DNA from: an uncultured virus (IMG/VR IMGVR_UViG_3300029267_002644)
Taxonomy: Duplodnaviria; Heunggongvirae; Uroviricota; Caudoviricetes
Strand: one strand, 5' to 3'
Virus record (IMG/VR): IMGVR_UViG_3300029267_002644
Length of the DNA: 64,000 bases
Shown here piece after piece: positions 9,242-15,893 of the stretch. Position numbers and translations under genes: made by a program. The first letter of the stretch is position 1. Each line of letters starts with the position of its first letter. The notes below the pieces were generated by a model, which saw only the letters and a program-made list of their open reading frames with translations, made no database searches and was not told where the DNA came from.

Positions 9242-10234
9242 ATGGACATCGAGCTGAACTCAAAAGAAAAACTTTCTCTAGAAGTTGATAGAATGGAGTC
9301 TTTGATTAAACTCTATCAACTAAAAATAGACAGCGATCAAGATATTGTGGATTATGCTCTAGAAGAAGGAGTTCGACTCACAAATAGTGAAGTTGGTTAT
9401 CTCCATTTCTTTAATGAAGAATTAGTAGAATTGAAGTTGTTTACATGGTCCAAAAAAGTTCATGAACAATGTACAGCAGCTAAAGCAGATCATTATCCGC
9501 TAGAGAAAGCTGGTATCTGGGCAGATTGCATTCGCCTTAAAAGAGCTGTTATTCATAATAGTTATGACGAATTTCCATATAAACGAGGAATACCAGAAGG
9601 TCATTTTCCAATCACTCGACATATGAGTGTTCCTGTTTTTGATGGTGATACTATCGCAGCGGTTGCTGGAGTGGGTAATAAAAAAGAACCATATGATGAT
9701 ATGGACGTAAGACAACTCAGTTTATTTGTAAGTGGTGTTTGGAGAATTGTAAAACAACGAAGAGTTGAGAGAGAACTCAAAAAACGAGAACATAAAATCA
9801 AAACTATCTTTAGGGCTGCGCCGATTGGTATTGGGATGGTCAAAGGTGATAGGATTCTTATTGAAGTAAATGATACAATGTGTCAAATGTTGGGATATAA
9901 ACCTCAAGAATTGATTGGTAAGAAGACTCGAATGTTTTACCCAGATGATCATACATATAATCTTGTAGGACACCAAATATTGAACTATGATGTACTAAAA
10001 GGGTCTGGTGAAACAGAAACACAATGGATAACGAAAGATGAGAAAATAATTGACGTCCTAGTGAAAGGTGCACCTATTGACGCAAATGATATTTTTGGTA
10101 AGGGTATTGTTTTTACTGCAATGGATATCACAGAACAAAAAAGAGCAAAGAAAACAATTGCGGAAGTCCTTAAAGGCGGTCATGAACTAATAGATCGACT
10201 TGAATCTAGACTTGCACAAGAAGGTGAGTCATGA
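9242..10234 (+). CDS. GAF + PAS sensor protein with no output domain
   Basis: Start reset to ATG 9242 (the track ORF overlaps tRNA-Phe). GAF: GIWADCIRLKRAVIHN...PEGH...RHMSVPV...GVGNK. PAS: IFRAAPIGI...VND.MC.MLGY...ELIGK...DITEQKRA. Confidence 0.85.
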   Translation: MDIELNSKEKLSLEVDRMESLIKLYQLKIDSDQDIVDYALEEGVRLTNSEVGYLHFFNEELVELKLFTWSKKVHEQCTAAKADHYPLEKAGIWADCIRLKRAVIHNSYDEFPYKRGIPEGHFPITRHMSVPVFDGDTIAAVAGVGNKKEPYDDMDVRQLSLFVSGVWRIVKQRRVERELKKREHKIKTIFRAAPIGIGMVKGDRILIEVNDTMCQMLGYKPQELIGKKTRMFYPDDHTYNLVGHQILNYDVLKGSGETETQWITKDEKIIDVLVKGAPIDANDIFGKGIVFTAMDITEQKRAKKTIAEVLKGGHELIDRLESRLAQEGES

Positions 10235-10533
10235 ATGTAGTCAACGCTTATTTAAATCTTATTCAGGAAGCCGGATTTGAAGATATGCCGAAAGGTTGGT
10301 CAAAGAAGAGCGTGAAGAAGGCTGCGAGAACATTAGGAAAAACTGTAGGCAAGGCTCCTGAGAGTAAAGGATTTTTTGACAAATGTGTCGCCCGTATGAA
10401 GAAACATATGGATAATCCAGAGGGATACTGTGCCTCTCTAAAGGATGAAACATTTGGATCTACATATTGGCGAGGAAAAGATAAATCACCTCAGAAAGCT
10501 AGGAAAATGATGGCTAAACATAGAAATGTTTAA
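10231..10533 (+). CDS. hypothetical basic protein
   Basis: 100-aa ORF coupled to the upstream gene. Confidence 0.5.
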   Translation: MNVVNAYLNLIQEAGFEDMPKGWSKKSVKKAARTLGKTVGKAPESKGFFDKCVARMKKHMDNPEGYCASLKDETFGSTYWRGKDKSPQKARKMMAKHRNV

Positions 10534-10598
10534 GGAGGGAAAAATGCATTCTGATGGAGGTATTGCCATGATAAAGTAACCTAAGGAGGTGAAATATC

Positions 10599-10769
10599 AT
10601 GGCACAGGGTCAAACACGAAAAGGCGGTAAGAAAAACCGCAAGATCGGACGTGGTAAAAGGAAACCCTCTCACATGCGTTATAACGCAGAAGGGAGAAGG
10701 GAGATTAATAAGAAACGTAAACAAGAAAAACACAAAAGACGTATGGCTAAAAAGAAAGCCAGACAGTAA
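10599..10769 (+). CDS. small highly basic (K/R-rich) protein, 56 aa
   Basis: AAGGAGGT RBS; MAQGQTRKGGKKNRKIGRGKRKPSHMRY...; too short for the ORF track. Confidence 0.6.
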   Translation: MAQGQTRKGGKKNRKIGRGKRKPSHMRYNAEGRREINKKRKQEKHKRRMAKKKARQ

Positions 10770-10777
10770 CAATTTAC

Positions 10778-10904
10778 GGGGATGTTTGATAAATCTACTT
10801 ACTTCATCCTTATCTCTATGAGAACTCAGAAGTTAGTTCAGAATGGAAAGCATTTGCCTCATACGCAGATTGTAGATTGGTTCGAATCCAGTCCATCCCC
10901 GCCA
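10778..10904 (+). ncRNA. tRNA(CAT)-like RNA with the conserved bulged-helix module inserted in the D-loop (element E0)
   Basis: GGGGATG/CATCCCC-GCCA acceptor, TTTGC-CTCATAC-GCAGA anticodon arm, TTCGAAT T-loop; the D-loop insert reads CTTACT-N7-TA-TCTC-tat-GAGA-ACT-N4-AGTTAG. Confidence 0.8.
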
Positions 10905-11017
10905 TTTTTAAGTTTCCTGTTTCTTTAAAAAACAGGTGGTGGAGTTATTGGGGAGTCCCCACTCCCGACTTTTGGTTGCAAAGGTTGCTCATCCTGTTGA
11001 AAGACAGGAGGCAAAAC

Positions 11018-11473
11018 TTGAATAATGGTAAGTATTATACAGATAGTTATCGTTATAAACAATCTGTAAAAAACGATCGGTTATGGGGTCCAATCGAAGA
11101 ACATATGAAGGTTTGTGAAGAATGCGGCAAGTCTTATATTTGGGTTGGGCGAAGAAAAACTAAAGCATTTAAAAGAGCAAGATTTTGCTCAAGAAGTTGT
11201 GCGAATTGTTGTGGTCCAAAACATAGAACATATAAAACTAAAGAAACTTATGTTACTATATGTTTTGAGCATCATAAAAAAGAATGTGTTGTTTGTGGAG
11301 AGGATTTGATTGTGGCTGTTCATCACTATGATGGCAATCACAAAAACAATTCCCCATCAAATCTTGTCCCACTATGTCCAACACATCATATATACGCACA
11401 CAGTAGGTATTGGTATGTCATCAAAGAGTGTGTTGATGATTATATTAAACAATTTGTTGGGGGCGTAGATTAA
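11018..11473 (+). CDS. HNH endonuclease with zinc-finger motifs
   Basis: TTG start after GGAGG; CEECG, FCSRSC, CVVCG...VHHYDGNHKNN..SNLVPLCPTHH. Confidence 0.85.
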   Translation: MNNGKYYTDSYRYKQSVKNDRLWGPIEEHMKVCEECGKSYIWVGRRKTKAFKRARFCSRSCANCCGPKHRTYKTKETYVTICFEHHKKECVVCGEDLIVAVHHYDGNHKNNSPSNLVPLCPTHHIYAHSRYWYVIKECVDDYIKQFVGGVD

Positions 11474-11534
11474 CGGGAAATCGCCTGCCTTGCAAGCAGG
11501 AGAACTGCGGGTTCGATTCCCGCCGCCTCCACCA
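11459..11534 (+). tRNA. tRNA-Ala(TGC)
   Basis: GGGGGCG/CGCCTCC acceptor with G3-U70, CTTGCAA loop, ACCA end. Confidence 0.9.
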
Positions 11535-11560
11535 TTTTTTTTATTTATAAAAACAGTAAG

Positions 11561-11573
11561 TATATATATGACT
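11561..11573 (+). promoter_or_regulatory. TATATATATGACT motif, putative phage promoter upstream of the ncRNA array
   Basis: Identical 13-mer on the - strand at 54952-54964 and a near-identical copy at 56777-56789, both upstream of - strand genes. Confidence 0.5.
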
Positions 11574-11704
11574 TATTGAATATGAGATTTTGTCCTTCTA
11601 ATATTGCCCCACCAGGCACTGCAAAGGGCATAGTCTCCTTCTTTTTTGACCTCGGCCATTATCGGCCGGGGTCAATAGAAAATCTCAAAGGATTTGTTTT
11701 TGTT

Positions 11705-11866
11705 TAATAGTTTGAAAAAGCTGAGGACTGCAGAGTTATTACAGTATAGGAATAAGTTCAATTGGTTGAACATCATCCTGCCAAGATGAAGGCAGTCGGT
11801 TCAAGTCCGACATTCTAACGCATACACCTATAACTCACGTCCTACCTCAGCCTTTTCAAGCTATTA
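11705..11866 (+). ncRNA. Y-RNA-like element E1: conserved envelope around a normal-order tRNA-Gly(GCC)-like cargo
   Basis: About 22-bp outer stem (11705-11726 with 11845-11866); ACT-gcag-AGTTAT-TACAGTAT ... ACAC..ATAACT-N7-TA; cargo has D arm, CTGCCAA loop and TTCAAGT T arm but no CCA. Confidence 0.8.
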
Positions 11867-11872
11867 CACTTC

Positions 11873-12017
11873 AATTGGGAACTCTTAAGTTATTACAGTA
11901 TCAGTCTCTGATAAAGACAAGGCCGTAGGTTCGAATCCTACACCCTCCACCATTTATGGGGGGTTAGCTCAGCTGGTAGAGCAAGTGTACACTCATAACT
12001 TATAACTTATCCCAATT
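11873..12017 (+). ncRNA. Y-RNA-like element E2: envelope around a circularly permuted tRNA(GAT)
   Basis: Order is anticodon arm (GAT, 11910-12), T arm, ACCCTCC-ACCA, TTTAT linker, GGGGGGT, D arm; closed by AATTGGGA/TCCCAATT. Confidence 0.85.
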
Positions 12018-12027
12018 CACTTTTTAT

Positions 12028-12171
12028 TTCGGGGACTGTAATGTTGTTACAGTATATGCGTAGGTTCAATTCCTACATATGGTTCCAATAACACCATATT
12101 GGCTCAGTTGGTAGAGCAGTTGACTTGTAATCAATGATAAAAACACTACACAACATTCGAATTACCCCGAA
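12028..12171 (+). ncRNA. Y-RNA-like element E3: envelope around a circularly permuted tRNA-Thr(TGT)
   Basis: Order is T arm, ATATGGT-TCCA, ATAAC linker, ACCATAT, D arm, anticodon arm (TGT, 12126-28); closed by TTCGGGG/CCCCGAA. Confidence 0.85.
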
Positions 12172-12194
12172 CACATTTTAGAAAGGGCAGAGAG

Positions 12195-13079
12195 ATGGGC
12201 AGAGAATTGGTAAAAGAGAAAATTGAAAAAGCTGGTCACCGTGTTGTATTTGATGAACATCCACCAAGAAGTGGTCCATTTGCTCTTGATGTTCGTCGAG
12301 ATAAGAAGGGTGAATATTTTCATGTTCAAATGGAAGAACATGTGGAACCTTCTGTGATCCATACTGAGGATGATCATCTTTTATTGATGTTTAAAGTACC
12401 GTTTTTGGTGAATCCTCACGTTCCGCCTAATAAGTTTAAGGCGATGATTGGTCATGACGAGCGACAGTTATTTGTTGCAGCCATACCAGAAAGTGAACCG
12501 GTTTCAACAGTATTTCAGGCTAAGGAAGCTCTTAAACCTCGTGAGGTAAGGGAGTTTGAAAAGTCCATCGGACTTAAGACAAAGAATAAACAAAACAGAA
12601 AGGCAAAAGGAAAAGGCGGTAAACGTCTTCGACAAGGAGATTTTTACTTTATTCCAAAACCAAATTTTAAACCTCAATTGCTTTCATCAATGGATGAAGG
12701 CATTCTCAAAAACGAGCCAATTTCAAGAGGTGCTGGAGCTTCTCATATTTGTGAAGAACTCGTTCGACAAGGTGGTGAAGATTTCTTCTTTTTTGAAACA
12801 TGGAGTATGGGTAAGGAAGATACAGAACTTGCTAATCGACTCCAAAATGAGAGACCAAATGGTTTTTCAATGGTGCAAAGGAGAAAACTTTTTCAAGAAC
12901 ATCCAGAAACACAAAACTGGCGTTGGCGTTCCAGACGAGGTGGAGATATTAAAGTTCATGTCCGAGGAGCAATTCGACACCATGAGCATGCAACTCTCAC
13001 TCTTGATATCTGGCATGAGGTAATACCAAACACAGAAAATCGCTCTGCTATGATGAAGCACGTGGTTTTCTTGGACTAG
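12195..13079 (+). CDS. uncharacterised protein with RQGD...H...HxEH motif, embedded in the ncRNA array
   Basis: 294-aa ORF; GHDER, LRQGDFYFIP, ASHICEEL, IRHHEHATLTL suggest a His-liganded site. Confidence 0.65.
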   Translation: MGRELVKEKIEKAGHRVVFDEHPPRSGPFALDVRRDKKGEYFHVQMEEHVEPSVIHTEDDHLLLMFKVPFLVNPHVPPNKFKAMIGHDERQLFVAAIPESEPVSTVFQAKEALKPREVREFEKSIGLKTKNKQNRKAKGKGGKRLRQGDFYFIPKPNFKPQLLSSMDEGILKNEPISRGAGASHICEELVRQGGEDFFFFETWSMGKEDTELANRLQNERPNGFSMVQRRKLFQEHPETQNWRWRSRRGGDIKVHVRGAIRHHEHATLTLDIWHEVIPNTENRSAMMKHVVFLD

Positions 13080-13085
13080 CATAAA

Positions 13086-13237
13086 ACTTTAGGGACTGTG
13101 AAGTTATTACAGTATGACGCCATGCAAAGGCCGTTGTCGCAGGTTCGAATCCTGTATCCCCGTCCACTTCTATCGGGGATTAGCTCAGCTGGTAGAGCAC
13201 GGAAAGTACACCAATGACTACCGAATTACCCTAAAGT
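13086..13237 (+). ncRNA. Y-RNA-like element E4: envelope around a circularly permuted tRNA-Cys(GCA)
   Basis: Order is GCC-ATGCAAA-GGCCG, T arm, ATCCCCG-TCCA (U73), CTTCTAT linker, CGGGGAT, D arm, ACGG; closed by ACTTTAGGG/CCCTAAAGT. Confidence 0.85.
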
Positions 13238-13249
13238 AAATTTATATCT

Positions 13250-13414
13250 GAGGGGACTTCTAAGACATTACCGTATAAAACAAACTGAGAAAATGGATCT
13301 CATCAAAATGTTTTTATCTATTAGATTAAAACATTATTTCATCCATATTCATTCTATATGATAATTTATGGAATGAATATGTTTTTACCTTATATGTCTT
13401 AACACCTACCCCTC
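13250..13414 (+). ncRNA. Y-RNA-like element E5: same envelope around an AU-rich three-hairpin non-tRNA cargo
   Basis: GAGGGG-ACT-tcta-AGACAT-TACCGTAT ... ATGTCT-N7-TA-CCCCTC; the inner helix is compensated relative to E1-E4. Confidence 0.75.
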
Positions 13415-13449
13415 TCACTTTTTCAAAGGAAAGGAAAGGAGAATGAACA

Positions 13450-14085
13450 GTGAACAAGCGAATTGTTGGGAGAAGCGAAGTTTATGTCCTTTCTCTGAAT
13501 GCGGCTGATCAGTTTATCATCAGGACGACCAAGCAGTTTTATGTTTTTCTTATATTCGGTCACCAATGTAAGATCAGCATCAACAAAGCATTGAAAGGAA
13601 ACAACCTCTTCTTTCACATCACTCGTGATGTTGAAGGAGATATCAACAAAATCCAAGCGGACACAAAGAGACGCTTTGAATTTCAAGGCGTTAAACTTCA
13701 GATGTTGTCTGAAGAGTACAGAAAACGAAAACTAAAAACCCCAAAGGAGGAACGAGCAATGTTTACGAATTACAAAATCACATCAGTCGAATTTGCGGAA
13801 ATCAACGAAGTAGCTCTCGAAGCTGCAATGGAAAAACTCGCCGGTCAAATGGACGGGGTTGAAATCAAAGCCAAGGGTGAAAAGACGTATCTCGTCAAAG
13901 ACGGTACGGCCATCGAACTCAATGGTGAGGAATTCGTCGCCATGGTCAAGAAATATGTCATCGGGAAAACCGAGGCAGAATTGACCAGGAACACATCGAT
14001 GTATAACCTTATCAAGACATTGGGTATCGTCAAATCGGCAACCGTCGAGCGAGACGAGAGCAGCCTTTCATCCATCTTTGGATAA
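13450..14085 (+). CDS. hypothetical protein (strong internal RBS and ATG at 13759)
   Basis: 211-aa ORF between E5 and E6; AAGGAGG precedes MFTNYKITS. Confidence 0.55.
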   Translation: MNKRIVGRSEVYVLSLNAADQFIIRTTKQFYVFLIFGHQCKISINKALKGNNLFFHITRDVEGDINKIQADTKRRFEFQGVKLQMLSEEYRKRKLKTPKEERAMFTNYKITSVEFAEINEVALEAAMEKLAGQMDGVEIKAKGEKTYLVKDGTAIELNGEEFVAMVKKYVIGKTEAELTRNTSMYNLIKTLGIVKSATVERDESSLSSIFG

Positions 14086-14091
14086 CAATTT

Positions 14092-14221
14092 CGCGGGGTG
14101 GTCAAACACATACAACCTGACTCCTCCCCTACCGATTCGTCGGACTTTGTAGTTAGTTTAGGGTAAAGACACTGGTATTAGGAACCAGGCCATGGAGGTT
14201 CGACTCCTCCCCCCGCGACCA
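14092..14221 (+). ncRNA. tRNA(TAG)-like RNA with the conserved module inserted in the D-loop (element E6)
   Basis: CGCGGGG/CCCCGCG-ACCA acceptor, CTGGT-ATTAGGA-ACCAG, GGAGG-TTCGACT-CCTCC; D-loop insert ACAC...CTGACT-N7-TA-CCGA-ttcg-TCGG-ACT-N4-AGTTAG. Confidence 0.85.
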
Positions 14222-14233
14222 ACTTTAACCAAA

Positions 14234-14269
14234 GAGGGATAGTTGCTTCGTGCGACTATCCCTCATTTT
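14234..14269 (+). terminator. hairpin, probable intrinsic terminator or processing site
   Basis: GAGGGATAGTTGC-ttcgt-GCGACTATCCCTC followed by ATTTT. Confidence 0.6.
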
Positions 14270-14312
14270 CCGTCATGGGACTAAGTAATTTTTGTGAAAG
14301 GAGGAAAGGAGA

Positions 14313-15893
14313 ATGGAAGCTATTACAAACCTACCCATGAAAGCACCTCCAATAGATTTGGAGCGTTTGGGTGAAAAGAAACTTACACAACTGGCAGAAG
14401 GGGTATTGGAACTTCTCAACCTGTCCGGTGTTGACATGAACCGAGATACCCATTACAATACCAAAGATGAAATGGAAGAGGTCCGAAAAGACTTACACCG
14501 CAGGGTGTTTGAACTCGACCGATCCATATATGGTTGCCTCTTTTGCCTTCCCGGTGTTACGGACTTCGCTCGTCAAAAAGCCGTTCACGCCATGTTGGGA
14601 AACCCTTGGGGTAATGGCGAAGATGGTGCATTGACAATGGATCATGAGATGGCGATCATCAACTTTCTTGTGGAAGCCCTTCAAGCAAATAAGAAACTCA
14701 ATTTGTTTGTCGACCTCAAAGGTAACAGGGTAAACAACTCAAGAACACGGAGAACCATCTTGTCTCATGTTCTTAACGCGAGGAACCTTGAGCTGTGGTC
14801 GGTAAAATATCGCAGCAAGATCAAGGGTATATTTGAACACGCGTGGTCAGTCAGAGTATGCGGCATCCTTCGAAGCATTCTCAAGAAAAAGAGAAAGTCA
14901 CAGAAGGATAAGGATATCCTTACGGCTCACATCGATCCTTTTCTTTCTCCGCAAGCATACAAGAGAAAGAAAGACATCTATAAATATGTGAGTTTTGCAC
15001 TTGGAAACCTGGATGAAGATTTCCCACTTTCTTTGGTATACAACAAAGCAAAAGTCAAACTAGAAGATGGGAACAAACTTCCTCTTGAAATTCTTGAGGG
15101 AATAAGAAGCACTTACCATCCAACGATACCAAGAGCGAAAGTCCTTGAGATCGCAAAATCCAACTTGACCACAAAACAGAAAAGGTTGGTCCAAAAGACA
15201 GCCAAGAAAGCTGGTGTGAAGATTGACTTCGATCCAATGAAATACGGGATGGTCGATCTGTACATTTACGCCTTTGAAATGGGTTGGTCTAACACGATCA
15301 AAGACGCCCTGCGTGCCAAAGCAAAGAGAGCAGCTGCGGCTCTGCCATTTCACTTTGATCATATTGCTATTTTGGTTGATGACAGTTTCTCGATGAGCGG
15401 TTCCGAGGATCAAAAGTTGAGACCAATGGCAGTAACTCTGGCGACTCGTGATATGCTTATATACGCCGGAGATAGGAATAGCATTTCCACGGTGTCTGGT
15501 AGTCATAAAGGTCTTGCAAGACCAAAAGGTGGGACAGATTTGGCGACAGGTCTGATCGAGCTTTTGAAGCGAGACCCTGACTCTATATTCGTCATTTCAG
15601 ACGGATATGAAAACCAACCTTCTGGACGCTTCTCTGAAGTGTTAATGATGGCTCGTGAAATTGGAGTAACCACACCGATTTACCACATCAACCCAGTAGG
15701 TGCGGCAGAGTCCAAAGGCGCTCTAAGGAGACTGGATAAAGAAGTTCCGGTTCTCCCAATCAATAACCCTCAAACCATTGGTTTGACTATGTTCAAAGCA
15801 ATGTTGGAAACCGATCCAAAGAACGGACTCTTGGGTCTAGTCGGGATCGCGCTTCCTATGATAGAAAAACCTAAGGAGGTGACTGCAAAATGA
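14313..15893 (+). CDS. Ro60/TROVE-like protein: helical basic N-terminal region plus C-terminal vWA domain
   Basis: 526 aa (Ro60-like size); MIDAS motifs VDDSFSMSG, GGTDLA and ISDGYEN; lies directly after the tRNA-mimic array. The vWA call is firm; the TROVE call is inferred. Confidence 0.6.
   Translation: MEAITNLPMKAPPIDLERLGEKKLTQLAEGVLELLNLSGVDMNRDTHYNTKDEMEEVRKDLHRRVFELDRSIYGCLFCLPGVTDFARQKAVHAMLGNPWGNGEDGALTMDHEMAIINFLVEALQANKKLNLFVDLKGNRVNNSRTRRTILSHVLNARNLELWSVKYRSKIKGIFEHAWSVRVCGILRSILKKKRKSQKDKDILTAHIDPFLSPQAYKRKKDIYKYVSFALGNLDEDFPLSLVYNKAKVKLEDGNKLPLEILEGIRSTYHPTIPRAKVLEIAKSNLTTKQKRLVQKTAKKAGVKIDFDPMKYGMVDLYIYAFEMGWSNTIKDALRAKAKRAAAALPFHFDHIAILVDDSFSMSGSEDQKLRPMAVTLATRDMLIYAGDRNSISTVSGSHKGLARPKGGTDLATGLIELLKRDPDSIFVISDGYENQPSGRFSEVLMMAREIGVTTPIYHINPVGAAESKGALRRLDKEVPVLPINNPQTIGLTMFKAMLETDPKNGLLGLVGIALPMIEKPKEVTAK

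Noticed and set aside
11873..13237. Permuted tRNAs as attL/attR integration scars or broken tandem tRNA genes
   Set aside because: Each has self-complementary acceptor halves inside an identical structured envelope, three times with different tRNAs; no integrase is in the window.
11705..13414. CRISPR array interpretation of the repeated GTTATTACAGTAT motif
   Set aside because: The repeats are two-part paired envelopes with covariation, irregular spacing and tRNA cargo; no cas genes are present.
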